Of a stretch of 64,000 bases of DNA, positions 1 through 11,520 are shown piece by piece. Where the stretch lies: the NCBI RefSeq assembly GCF_001194135.2, contig NC_069008.1, forward strand, positions 12,671,911 to 12,735,910, written 5' to 3'. The notes below the pieces were generated by a model. The model did not search any database and was not told the origin of the DNA. It saw only the letters and a program-made list of their open reading frames with translations. The position numbers and the translations under genes were made by a program. The stretch comes from Octopus bimaculoides. Taxonomy: Eukaryota. Within the stretch, counting starts at the first letter, position 1. The number at the start of each line of letters is the position of its first letter.

Positions 1-156
1 CTTGGTTTTCCTTTGAAAACACTTTTACATACTCTTTCTTCCTCCATGGGAAGGACACTTTCCGCTACAATTAGAGTAGCCATATTTGTCAAAAGACAAA
101 AACACAAATAAAGTTTTTTACATGGAATTTTTTCGCCCCGTAGGAGTAAGTGTAAA

Positions 157-354
157 CAGCTGAATACTTGTCAGTGATTGGTTGAAATTATCGAAATAAG
201 ACAATTTTTTACATGAAATAAATCCGAATACAAAAATTTTTTTCTGTTCTATAACACAAAATAGATAAGTATACGAAGTTTGAAAGTCTTTCGGTACCAA
301 AAACACTACATAAAACATAAATGAAAACTGGTGCCCCCGTTTTGAACAAGATCC
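157..354 (-). mobile_element. Partial copy of the telomere-core MITE family (one arm with a diverged TIR)
   Basis: Reverse complement matches 17165-17350. Ends ...GCCCCCGTTTTGAACAAGATCC at 354. Confidence 0.8.
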
Positions 355-359
355 CTTTT

Positions 360-1345
360 CTCCATTGTGATGTGCACCGCGCATTTGGGGGTTTAACCCA
401 GACTTCTTCCCCGACCTGCACAAAGGTATGCTCTTTCTCTTCTGCAAGTTGCAGCGATGCAATACAATGCACTGACTCCTTAGCCTGTCCCGACCTGGGT
501 GACATATACCAAAAAACGGCCTCAGCCAGTGAGGTGTGACCCCTCTCTGCCATGGTCTTGATTGGTGCGATGATGCCTCTCTACAACCCCATTGCCTTTT
601 GGCCGATATGCCGCTCTGAAGAAACGACTGACATGCCACTTGTCGAGCATTTCCCTCAGCAGCTCTGAGCGAAATGCAATGCCATTGTCCACAAGCAGCT
701 CATCCATGGAGCCTCGTTCTAGGAATATCTCATTTAGTATTCTTTTGATTTCCTCCACGGTCCCCGTCTTCATATCCCTCCATAAGGCCACGTCCCTTAC
801 TGGTAGTGCGTCACAACAATTGCCAGTCGTTACTGGTTATGTTCCACTGGAATGCTTCCTACCTCATGCACACCCGGAGCGGGGTCAATGGACTGGCATC
901 CGTCGTAGCTCCCAACTACTTTCTGCACACTCTGCCAGGTCACATCAGAGTCTACTTTCCTGGCTAGGAACATGGTCTTGTCCATCACCCCCATGTGATG
1001 CATAGTATGCAGTCTCCTCAGCTCCGAGTTACTCAGTCGACAAACTAAAGCCACTCCTTGCTCCAGATCCTACAGCGCTTACAACCAGGCTTTCTTTACT
1101 CTGGTCAGGACGTCCCCTCAATTCTTCTTAGAGGACACAAAAACTCAGTCTCAGGTCAAACTCAGCAGCTAGCTCGCTCAGAATCCCCATACGGCATCTT
1201 ATCAGCATCTCTGTGCCCCCTTTGGTTCGCACCCTTCGCTCACTGGTAATCACTGATGCTACCCATCTTAAGTACTGTGACAGAATCAGTCCGAATCTCG
1301 ATGGTTCGCAGCCCTCACCTCAGTGCTAAGTTAACCCCCTTCAAC
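360..1345 (-). mobile_element. Gypsy/Ty3 pol relic (RNase H - integrase), frameshifted
   Basis: Integrase core DELLVDNGIAFRS...RAAYRPKGNGVVERHHRT, HHCC region LHTMHHMGV...CQSIDPAP, and an RNase H-like segment (EIRTDSVTVL) near 1260-1330. Confidence 0.8.
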
Positions 1346-1900
1346 ACAGCATCCAGCTCCGCCACGTTGATGGGATTGCAGTTGTCCTTCTTCCTGAGCC
1401 AGGCCGCATCTGATAAAATGTGACCAAGCCCACCGAAGTAAATTTGTTCTTCAAACCTGAATCACACTGCAAGTCAATCATTTCAAGTTGGATGTTGACG
1501 GGCAGATCAGAGCCATTGGCTGTAAATGGTGAGTGAAAATCTGTGAAATCTGTCTCAAGCTTATCAAAAATCTGAAACCGTTGCTGAAACTCTCGCAGCA
1601 ATCCCTTGATACTGTCTTTGTACCGATTCATGTCAACATTATCTGCTGTCACAACCACATCTTTTAGACAAGGAAAATGAGCAAGGTCACCATCTGACAG
1701 ATGTATCTCCCGCACACAACTTGAACACATATATACTTTAAAAATACTGTAACAACTTTTTTTACAGCTTTCCAGCATTCTGTTCAGATTATTCAAGTGA
1801 TCTGTAATATCTACGATGAATGCTAAATCTTGCAGCCATTCTGGTGATTGAAATTCTAACACTGGTTTACCCTTTTTCTCCATGAACAGTTCAATTTCTT
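1345..1900 (-). mobile_element. hAT transposase C-terminal fragment (SPIN/Charlie, GTF2IRD2-like)
   Basis: WLQDLAFIVDITDHLNNLNRML...FHSPFTANGSDLPVNIQLEMIDLQCDSGLKNKF. Confidence 0.8.
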
Positions 1901-1949
1901 CTGGTAGATTAAAGAAACCCTTCTACACGGCACCTCAGCCCAACCACCT

Positions 1950-2140
1950 TACCTTGGTGTGATAAGGCAAGCCATAGGTAATGCATCCAGCACACACTGT
2001 AAAGTGGTTGGTATTAAGAAGGGCATCCAGCTGTAGAAACTAGGCGAAATCAGACTGGAACCTGGTGCTGCCCTTCAGCTTTGATCAAAGTGTCCAACCC
2101 ATGCCAGCATGGCAAACAGATGATGTTAAAGGATGATAAT
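1950..2140 (+). mobile_element. RTE-LINE 3' tail repeat (GAT-tailed), diverged copy
   Basis: AAGGGCATCCAGCTGTAGAAAC...TCCAACCCATGCCAGCATGG...GATGAT; same family as 8903, 34073 and 54010. Confidence 0.6.
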
Positions 2141-2249
2141 AGAATCCAAATTCAATTCAATTGTTCTTAGCACTTTGTCAAAGAGCATTGCTCTTTTGCC
2201 TGGTGCCTCGCAGAAGAAACAAATCTCTTGCATGTCACCAAGGGACTAT

Positions 2250-2400
2250 ACAACAGTGACATCGCAATTCATTTCTACCGCTGAGTGAACCTGAAACGAA
2301 GTGTCTTGCTCAAGAACACAGCGCAAAAACCCGGTCGGGTAGTCGAACTCACATCTGTAAGTCCAACGCTCTAACCACAGACCCGTGCGCCTTTACACTA
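2250..2400 (-). mobile_element. tRNA-derived SINE fragment (family D; related copy about 11900-12020)
   Basis: On the - strand GGCGCACGGGTCTGTGGTTAGAGCG (A box), GAGTTCGACTACC (B box), then TTCTTGAGCAAGACACTT. Confidence 0.55.
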
Positions 2401-2792
2401 AATGTAGCGAAGGTTACATACTTAATATTAGTTATATTAAACAATCAGTCAACGAAAACAGTTATTACTTTCCCACTGCTGGCCAAAATACTTGCTTGTA
2501 TTTCTCCATAAAATTACTGTTTGTGCTTCCCATGTCTCAATATTTACTGCGGTTAATCTATATATTTCATAGACTCATTCAAATGGAACTAAAATTTCCA
2601 GTACGACTTGAAACGAAACGATTCACCTAGAAAAAGAAATTAAAGAAATAAATATTTTCGGAAATTACTGAATAAATTCTTTCATTTTTTTTTCATCTAC
2701 TTTTATCGAAAGATAGCACCAGAACATTTACAGTGACTGTTTTAAAATTTTAAATAAAGTATTTAGAAATAATACTGATATTTTTTATCTAG

Positions 2793-2955
2793 GCGCATGT
2801 TAACAGAAACTAATTACGTTTCACCGTTTATATTTCCGAGTCTAGTTTTATAATTTCTTTTGTCAAAGTTTACTTGGGGCTTTGGCGCCAAGAAGGAAGT
2901 ATTTGGTGTTATTAAAGATATTTCACTATAAATACAGATTTATGTAGCATAACAG
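2793..2955 (+). other. Putative non-coding 5'UTR exon of ZNF-1 (paralogous exon copy A)
   Basis: TTTTTTATCTAG acceptor (AG 2791-2792) and CATAACAG|GTAAGA donor (GT 2956-2957). The same exon recurs upstream of other ZNF units. Confidence 0.6.
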
Positions 2956-3255
2956 GTAAGATATAATAATACAGATATATTAGTTAAGTGGTTGGACATG
3001 GGTAATGTAAAACCTTTTGATGTTGCTAGTCAGACATTGATATTCTAGTCTCTACATATTATGGTTTAAAGATTATTCCACCGATCATAGTTATATTTAC
3101 ATTTTTTTCTTAAAGATATTTTCGTGTTTAATAATGCTTATCACATAGCATATGGAATGTCAAAGATCTTTGTGTGATGGGAAGACCGTTTTGGGTGACA
3201 CCTTGTCTGGATTAAGAAATCGGAAGAGATAAATATTCAGTATATTGGGCCATTG

Positions 3256-3460
3256 AGGGTGGCTAGCTGGCAGAATCGTTAGCACGCCGGGCGAAATGCT
3301 AAGAGGCATTTCGTCTGCTGTTACGTCCAAATTCCGCCGAGGTCCACATTGCCTTTCATCCTTTCGGGATCGATTAAATAAGTACCCGTTACGCACTGGT
3401 GTCGATGTAATCGACTTAATCCCTTTGTTCTTGTTTAGCCCCCTGTGTGCAATAAAGAAA
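3256..3460 (+). mobile_element. tRNA-derived SINE family B (other copies about 32085-32260, 46822-47041, 60315-60536; partial at 30900 and 31850)
   Basis: TGGCAGAATCGTTAGC A-box, B-box-like segment, and body TTGCCTTTCATCCTTTCGGG...GATGTAATCGACTT repeated at several loci. Confidence 0.75.
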
Positions 3461-3464
3461 TATA

Positions 3465-3780
3465 TTGGACCATTCCACAGTATTTCGTTCTACCGCAATA
3501 GGTTTCAGGGGTCCACAGTTTTTTAATATTCTCCCAATGAGCCTGAGGAACCTACACAAAGTAGATGTAGATGTTTTCAAATCAAAACTGGATCTCTTCC
3601 TATCGAGAGTCCCAGATGAACCTACCACACTGCTGGAAGCGCAAATGAGGGTAGCGGCATTAGCCTCCCTTATTCACCAAATTCCACATATCAGAGGAGG
3701 CTCTCAATAATAACAGTGTAGCAAAACGGTGGTGCCCCAGCATGGCCACAGCTTTGAGCTGAAACTGATAAAAAAATAAA
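3465..3780 (+). mobile_element. CR1-like LINE 3' end (RT C-terminus plus 3'UTR)
   Basis: GPQFFNILPMSLRNLHKVDVDVFKSKLDLFLSRVPDEP followed by a 3'UTR ending CAGCATGGCCACAGCTTTGAGCTGAAACT and an A-rich tail. Confidence 0.7.
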
Positions 3781-3929
3781 CAGTTATTTGGAAAAAATTT
3801 CTTATTAATTTTGGTTAATGTCTACTTGAGTAGCCAGTCACCAAAAAAAAAAAACTAGTGCAACGGGTGTGAAAAAAAATGTGTATGAGACGAATGTGAA
3901 AACAAAAATGCGCGCAAACCAACCGGGGG

Positions 3930-4255
3930 GTGAGGAGAGAACTTTCAGAAAATTCACAAGATGCGAGATTTTCCCTCATAACTTTTAGGAAAATGGGTTC
4001 TTTTTTAAAAGGAAATTTTATGTAAATGCCTTTCAAACGGCATACATTATGATTATAAAGAAATTTGTTGGGAAAATCTTTTCCGATGGGGTGGGGAGAG
4101 GACTTTCGGAAAATTCACAAGGTCCGATTTTTCCCCCCATAACTTTGAGGAAAATAGATATCTTTTAATGAAATTTAATATAAATCCCTTTCAAAAGGCA
4201 TACATTATGGTTATAAAGAAATTTGTGGGGAAAATTTTTTTCCAAGGGTTTAAAC
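3930..4255. repeat. Two-copy tandem duplication, period about 161 bp
   Basis: ACTTTC(A/G)GAAAATTCACAAG at 3941 and 4102; both copies continue to ...GGCATACATTATG(A/G)TTATAAAGAAATTTG. Confidence 0.7.
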
Positions 4256-4284
4256 AATAGCTTCTTGTACAGAAAGAAATAAGA

Positions 4285-4830
4285 GGTGATCCTATCAAAC
4301 TTGAAGAGTATAAGAAAAAAGATAGGGAAAGGAAGTGAAGGAAATATGCAGAGAAAAAAAGCAACCATGTCTGACAGAAAGAGAAGCACTGAGAGAAAAA
4401 GAATGAAAGAAGAGTCCAAGCTGAAAAGAAAAGGAAGCAGTAAGAAACACTTTGTCATCAAGACTTGAGCAAACTAAATCAACCCAAACAGCAGTTCCTG
4501 TAGAGCCAGGCTCTCCCAACGGTATCACAGTGCTTGTGGAGCAGTACTATGCTGTCAACTATCTTCGCCAGTTCTACATTGGCAGGGCCCTACAACATGT
4601 CTCTGGTAGAATGATTAAGTTCAAGTTTCTTTATAGATCTGTTCCTGATATCAACAGCTTTATCTGGCCCAGAAAGGATGATATTAACACTTGTCATACA
4701 AATAATGTGTTCTGTGGTCCTGGGCCCTTTACAGTTGTTGAGCTGGAAAACATCAAGAAAGCATTTGCTCTTCTCGCAAAAAGCCACTGTAAAAGTATTT
4801 TTTGAGCTGGAGAACACAGGTCTCTCTTCT
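4285..4830 (+). mobile_element. Probable degraded DNA-transposon ORF relic (superfamily uncertain)
   Basis: A charged K/E/R-rich segment joined to YYAVNYLRQFYIGR...IKFKFL...SFIWPRKDD, resembling the C-terminal domain of large invertebrate transposases. Confidence 0.35.
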
Positions 4831-5949
4831 TTATCAAAAAGGCCTTTGTGTTGAGTGTGTCTTTTAAGGATATTTTAAAATATTCTGGCTTAAAAATCAT
4901 GATGAGTGATTTTTGTTAACTGGATACAATTATATATTTATTATATATAATTATTCATAATCTTTATATTTAATAGCTAACATCATCACTTAATGTCTAC
5001 TTTGCCATGCTTGTGAGGGTCCAGACAGACTTTGTTGAGGTAGAGTTCCTACAGCTGGATGCCCTTCCTGTTGACAACCTCCACCTGTTTCCATGCAAAG
5101 TAATAGTTCCATTGGCCAAACATAGTTTTCACAGAAGACTATACATCACTTATTTAATGATGATGCTTATTTACAACCATCACATGATGTCAAGACAAGG
5201 ATACACACACATATACATCTATAGATAGATAACTATACATTTGACAGGTTTCCGCACAGATACCATCTAACAAGTCCACTCCTGAGGCTTTTGTTGACTC
5301 AGGGCTGTAGTAGAGGACTCTTGTCCAAGGTGCCACACATTAGAATTGAACCTGAGACAACATGGCTAGGAACAGGCTTCTTAACCACCCAACCATACTT
5401 GTACTCTCCATATATTTATTTATTATTTATCTACACTGTTATAATACACATCTTCAAAAGAGAGGAATGCATTTCAGTTGTTCAAGTAAATGTTTGTTTC
5501 TTCAGCTCATTACTCAAAGAAATTCACTAAAATCTTGACTTTGTATTTTAAGTATCCCCTATATCTTATACTGTTTTTTCTCTACTATTTCAGAATGACA
5601 TTGGCATCACTGAATTGTGTATATCCGATACATCATCAATATTTATTATCATTTAAAGACTGAAAGTGAATCTTATACAGAATAGATATAACTTTCCTTA
5701 TAGAAATCTGTGGCAAATTACTGGCAAATATTTTTTGTTTAACTGAGATTCAAAACAATAATTCTTTTCTTGACTGTCTGGAATATGCACAAGATTATTT
5801 TGCATCTGAATTAAACTTGGATGGATTTATAAAGGAGTTTGTAACCCATCTCATATATCAACAAGGATCACAATAGTATAAATATATATTAGCAAGAAAA
5901 TATATTATTGAAAAGATAAACATCTTGAAATTGTGGTGAGGAAAGAACA

Positions 5950-6972
5950 ATGATGGAAAATGAATTATGTGAAGATAAGTTTAAGTCTAAGTCACAGATT
6001 GAAAGTATTGATTTCCCTAGTGACATGAATAAAGAGAAAGGAAAAACATTACTCCACTGTAATATTTGTGGGAAATCATTCTCTAAAAATTGTAACTTAA
6101 CTAGGCACAGACATATTCACTCAGGAGAGAAACCATATCACTGTGAGATCTGCACTAAATCATTCTCTGTAAGAGGTGCCTTAAATCAGCACAAACGTAT
6201 TCACACAGGAGATAAACCATATTTTTGTGATATCTGTGGTAAATCTTTTTCTCGAAATATTCGTTTAACTCAGCACAAACGAATTCACACAGGAGAAAAG
6301 CCATATTCCTGTGATATCTGTGGTAAGTCATTTCCTCTAAAAGAACATGTGACTAATCATATACGTACTCACACAGGAGAGAAGCCATATCATTGTGATA
6401 TCTGTGAGAAATCATTCTCTCAACGTGGCGATTTAACCAGACACAAACTTATTCACACAGGAGAAAAACCACATCACTGTGAAATCTGTGGTAAATCATT
6501 CTCTCGAAATTCTCACTTAACTCAACACAAACGTGTTCATACAGGAGAGAAGCCATATCAATGTGATATCTGTGGTAAGTCATTCTCTCATGGAAATAAT
6601 GTAGGTGTACACAAGCGTATTCATACAGGAGAAAAACCGTATCATTGCAATATCTGTGGCAAATCCTTCTCTCAGAATGGGGAATTGACTTCTCACAAAC
6701 GTATTCATGAAGGGGAGAGACCACATCACTGTGATGCCTGTGGTAATTCGTTCTCTCAAAGAAGCCAATTAACTACACACAAATGTTTTCATAGAAGAGA
6801 GAAACCATATCAGTGTGATATCTGTGGCAAATCATTCACTCGAAATGGACACTTAACAAGACACAAGCGAAGTCACACAGGAGAGAAACCTTATCACTGT
6901 GATATCTGTGACAAATCATTCTCTGCAAGAGGTAACTTAACTAAACACAATCGTATTCACACAAGAAAGTAA
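5950..6972 (+). CDS. C2H2 zinc-finger protein (ZNF-1), 11 tandem fingers, single coding exon
   Basis: Open 340-aa ORF with 11 CxxC-x12-HxxxH units joined by TGEKP-like linkers. Upstream acceptor TTTCAG at 5588-5593. Confidence 0.93.
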   Translation: MMENELCEDKFKSKSQIESIDFPSDMNKEKGKTLLHCNICGKSFSKNCNLTRHRHIHSGEKPYHCEICTKSFSVRGALNQHKRIHTGDKPYFCDICGKSFSRNIRLTQHKRIHTGEKPYSCDICGKSFPLKEHVTNHIRTHTGEKPYHCDICEKSFSQRGDLTRHKLIHTGEKPHHCEICGKSFSRNSHLTQHKRVHTGEKPYQCDICGKSFSHGNNVGVHKRIHTGEKPYHCNICGKSFSQNGELTSHKRIHEGERPHHCDACGNSFSQRSQLTTHKCFHRREKPYQCDICGKSFTRNGHLTRHKRSHTGEKPYHCDICDKSFSARGNLTKHNRIHTRK

Positions 6973-7224
6973 CCATGCTGATGTGATATCTGCAGTAAGT
7001 CATCTTCTCATGGAACTAACATAGCTGTATACAAGCATATTCCTGCAGGAGAAAACCGTATTATTGCGATATCTATGGTAAATCATCCTCTCAAAATAGT
7101 GATTTGATTTCTCACAAACATATTCACTCAGGCAAGAAACCATATCACTGTAATAACTGCAGTAAATCATCCTCTGAAAGAAGTTTCCCAGCTAAACACA
7201 AACATATTTATAAAGGAGAGTGTT

Positions 7225-8630
7225 GAAGGCCATGCTTCCTTTCACAATTCTTTGATGAATTTCAGCGTCTAACAATGATATACAAAACTCTTCATGACTT
7301 CTAGCCATGTTCCACTTACACTGATGGTAGGCTTAGCGTAAGCTTCTCAAGGTGCTGGTGTGAACATCACTTAAGTCTTTGTTAGACTAATAGTGAGTCC
7401 AAACACATTACAATATCTAGAAAAGAAAAATTGTCCATTGACAGTTGCAAATCTTCTTTGGAATGAGCCATCAAGTCGACATCACCATATTGGAATTCAT
7501 GCAAAATCTCCCCAAAGAGCTTAGATTCGAATCTCAGTCAACTCTTAGAATCTTAGATGGATACCAATGGTACATTGTTAAAAAGCATAAGCAATATCAA
7601 GAACAAAATAGATGGAGAAAAGAGTAGGAGCAAGTATGTCTCCTTGCTTCACATTGTTATCAATTGAGTCTGGATCTGATTGGGTAACATAAACCTTTAG
7701 CACACTGATTTGCCCCTAGAATAGTTTCCCTTGTCACTGCCTTATTTTTGAGGGAACTAAAGACATGAGCAACTACTGTTTTAAAATTGTTATAACAATT
7801 GTATAACATATTGTGTGTACAGGCTTGATTTTTTTGTATACTAATAAAAGAATGGATGAATATTTTTATGTAAAGCATGAAAGAATAGACAAAAGAGTTG
7901 GCCCTCAGAAATGTACCTCCTTTGGGTCAGTACTTTCTTTAAATCAGCCAGCCATGGATGATAGTATCCACCCAGTACATTGTTTTCTATATAACTGTTA
8001 GCATAGTCTGTGTCTTCATCATCACCTTGAATAAATCCTTTAAAATCATCATCTGAGTCAGAATCAAACAAGATTTCTTCCAGAAAAACTTCAAATGCAA
8101 GAGCAGCCATTTTTGTTCCTTAAAAAATTTTTAAAAAAACTTTGATTGATTTCAAAGCTTGGTTACCTCGTGGTTAGTAGTATATAACAATGAAAAAGTC
8201 ATCAGAAAACGAAAGTTTAGCCTTGTTCTGAATCAAAAGTAGCTTGTTTACACCTTAAAGTACCGGAAATAAAATTAGCAATCTGTTTATTTTAAGCAGC
8301 CTTCTTAAGGCAACAAAATGCACCTGCAGCTACAGGTGACAACAGCGTTGAGCAAGTTAAAATTTAACACAAACCTTATTGAGATGAAGTTTACAGATCA
8401 TGTTGACAAGCTCCAGTGGGCATCCTAGCATTTCTAAGAATATCCATAAAGCAAGCCTGTTCACTGTGTTAAAGTCCTGTGTGAGGTTAATACAATCATG
8501 AAAAAGAGGCAGTGAGTGCTCCGTGTATTTTTCTGGTATTCGATGGCTGAAAAGATGGCGCTTGTGCATTGACCTTCTCAAAAGCCAGATTGATTCTTTG
8601 GTACGATGTTTGTTATCCATTTAGGACTAT
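7225..8630 (-). mobile_element. RTE-BovB-type LINE RT fragment, split by an insertion at 7694-8356
   Basis: On the - strand: INLTQDFNTVNRLALWIFLEMLGCP (8350-8560), then VKQGDILAPTLFSIYF, EFQYGDVDLMAHSKEDLQ and FGLTISLTKT (7225-7690). Confidence 0.8.
7694..8356 (-). mobile_element. piggyBac-like non-autonomous element with a transposase N-terminal remnant
   Basis: Interrupts the BovB RT at TTAA (8357-8360) / TAAA (7690-7693). Acidic N-terminus ILFDSDSDDDFKGF...WL...LFCLFF. One end (CCTTTAGCAC) resembles the TTAA-MITE ends. Confidence 0.5.
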
Positions 8631-8902
8631 TATATGGTTAATAATTCCATTCACAAAACAAATAAAAACTAACTTGGTTAAATCGCTTTATAAACTATTT
8701 TCAAAGCACTTTACTAAAAAAAATAAGTATGACATAATTAACACAAGTAAATTCTGAATTGGATTTATCTGTCTCAACTAATGTTTCTCAGATTATGTTT
8801 TCACTTTAATACAGTTAAATTTAGTACTGATACATTACAGGATTGTGCTAATGAACCTAGTGAAGAAAGGGAAACAACCCCCTGTAGTATCCTGTCATCA
8901 TC

Positions 8903-9470
8903 ATCATCATCATCGTTTAACGTCCACTTTCCATGCTAGCATGGGTTGGACGATTTGACTGAGGACTAGTGAAACCAGATGGCTACACCAGGCTCCAATC
9001 TGATTTGGCAGAGTTTCTACAGCTGGATGCCCTTCCTAATGCCAACCACTCAGAGAGTGTAGTGGGTGCTTTTACGTGTCACCCGCATGAAGGCCAGTCA
9101 GGCGGTACTGGCAATGGCCACGCTCAAAATGGTGTATTTTATGTGCTACGCACACAAGAGCCAGTCCAGGGGCACTGGCAACGATCTCACTCGAAAATCC
9201 TTACACATGTCACGGGCACAAGTGCCAGAAAGGCGACGCTGGGCACAGGTGCCATCCCAATTTCGCTTGCCCCAATAAGTCTTCACAAGCTGAGTTTTGT
9301 GTCCAATGAAGGAGACAACGTTGGCATGGGTGCCAGTCGTCGAATTTAGTTCGATTTCAATTTCACTTGTCTCAAAAAGTCTTCGCAAGCGGAGTTTAGT
9401 GTCCAATGAAGGAAAGGTACGCATAAGTGGGCTGGCTACACCCCTGGCAGAGGCCTTGCAAATATATAAT
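8903..9470 (-). mobile_element. RTE-LINE 3'UTR/tail family (other copies 16446-16625 -, 34073-34408 +, 38095-38175 +, 54010-54326 +, 60685-60795 -, 36970-37140 -)
   Basis: Near-identical tail CAAATCGTCCAACCCATGCTAGCATGGAAAGCGGACGTTAAAC(GAT)n. Linked to an RTE ORF C-terminus at 32650-33060. Confidence 0.8.
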
Positions 9471-9589
9471 ATTGCAATTTTATAAAGGAAAAAAAAAGTA
9501 AAAATATAGGTTGTGGCTGAAAATTTTTAAGATAAATGTTTGTTCAAAAATTGTTGCAAGCAAAAAAAAAATGTATATAGATGTAAAGT

Positions 9590-9900
9590 GGAATCTGAAG
9601 GTATAAATTATTTTTACATAGGTTCTACAGAAAATAACATAAAAATGCAGATTGCAAGCCATGAGAACACATTTAGAAATAAACCATCTAGTGCCTGTCT
9701 AAGCAAATTAAGTTAAAAGACAAAAATAACAAGTATAACATAAAGTGGAAATTCATAAGCCTATAAAATTGCAGATAGTCACTGCGATCTTTGTATTGAT
9801 GGGATTTTCAAAATTTTAACTTCTAAATGTAAACTTCTTAACAGTAAGAGAGAAGCAGTTATCTTGTGTATATGCCTACAAATATGTGTGTAAAAATTAA
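9590..9900 (+). mobile_element. Penelope-like element GIY-YIG endonuclease remnant
   Basis: Frameshifted YIGSTENNIKMQIASHENTFRNKPSSACLSK...NIKWK...AYKIADSHCDLCID...LNSKRE. Confidence 0.6.
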
Positions 9901-10789
9901 TTAAATAAAAAGTTAAAATTATAAATTGATTATCTAATAGATGGTATTTTTTAAAAATATAATCAAAATAAAATTAAATAAAAGTGAAATAAGGTATAAT
10001 TTAATTGGTTAATTTTGTAAATATTAATGCATTTCTCTAATATTGTCCTATTTTATTTGTTTTATTATAATAAAACATGTATTCAACTCAAATTTTAATG
10101 ACATAGAATGCAGCTACCATGATTGACTGTTGACACTAGCAACTATGACTAAGTTATTTTTTTTTAAATAAAGTATGTAAGAAAAACAATAAAATTTATA
10201 TTTTTTAAAAATGTTTTGAAATTTTGTTCTCTTTGATATTCGGATGCAAGTAATTTTTCAAGATCATTGAAATAAATATATAAGAAATATTTTTGTCATA
10301 AAATGAATTGGCTGATACACGTTTCCCCATCACTATCACCAGTGTGTGTATATACATTTATATATATATTTATATAATAATAACAATAATTCTAGGATGG
10401 AGTTTATAAATATTTGATACATTGCTACACATGTTTCCACAAATCACATGACTTTAACATCAGAGTCTGTATCCTTGGGATGAATACAGCATAGTCCATA
10501 TATGGACATGTGGTTGATCATCATCATTGATTCATATCAGGTGATACTGCATTAGTGGGATGTTTATCCCGTCTTGTCAGTATGAAGGCCAATCTAGCTA
10601 TATTTATTTTACATATATCAGTATAACCATGATGCAGCCCTGAAAACTTGACTCGCTAGTCAGTATCATTAAACGGTGGCCAGTTTAGTAAAATAAGAGC
10701 TTTATTTGCATACCCTTAATGTTAACATAAACGAATTTAAAAGATATATTTATATATGCATGAATTTGCAGTTAGTGATTCTGCAAAGA

Positions 10790-11520
10790 AGGAGGCTTGG
10801 AATTGCCACTATGAAAGGCTACTAAATGGGAGAAGGAGAACCTGCCTAATGTGGACCCAACAGAGGGGCCAGCTATCCAAATCAACATTAGCTTAGTGGA
10901 TAAAGCAATTAAAGGTATGAAGACAAAGAAAGCCTCTGATCTATTGGGAATCACTGTTGAGACGTTTAAAATATCTGGTAGAGTGGGACATGACCGAGTC
11001 ACATAATTAATCAGGTTGTACATGAGGGAATCATGCCCAACGATTGGTGTAGCAGTATAATAGTCAATTGCTATAAAGGCAAAGGTAATGCCTCAGGAAT
11101 AATTACAGAGGCATTGAATTGCTGAACCAGATGATGAGTGTTACAAAAAGGGTCATAGCTCAATTTAGAAGAGAGCATAGATGAGATGCAATTTTGATTT
11201 GTACCTGGCAGAAACACCGACCAATGCTGATTTCCTGGTGAGGCAACTGCAGAAGTACTTGGCCCAAAATAAGCCTCTGTTTCTGGCTTTGATTGACATG
11301 GAAAACACCTTTGATAGGAATCCCCACTCCCTTATCTGGTGGGCAATGTGGAAGCTGGGGATAGATGAGGGCTGTAAATGCCATGTACAGAGATGAGGTC
11401 AGTAAGGAGAAAACTGGTAATGATAGTTTGAAGGCTTGTACCACCAAACAGCTAATCGACTCTGGCTACTGGAAGTGAAACTTGGATGATTCTGGAAGGT
11501 AGATCTAGAGAGAGTGTGGG
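10790..11520 (+). mobile_element. RTE-LINE RT fragment
   Basis: LPNVDPTEGPAI...NDWCSSIIVNCYKGKG...NYRGI...FLVRQLQKYLAQNKPLFLALIDMENTFDR. Confidence 0.85.

Noticed and set aside
6449-6768. Antisense ORFs over ZNF exons (also 18666-19724, 35832-36164)
   Set aside because: Shadow ORFs produced by the 84-bp finger periodicity.
6970-7060. A-to-I editing read-through of the ZNF-1 stop into extra fingers
   Set aside because: It would need TAA to become TGG plus editing of a second stop (6979-6981). The next finger is non-canonical and the frame then breaks.
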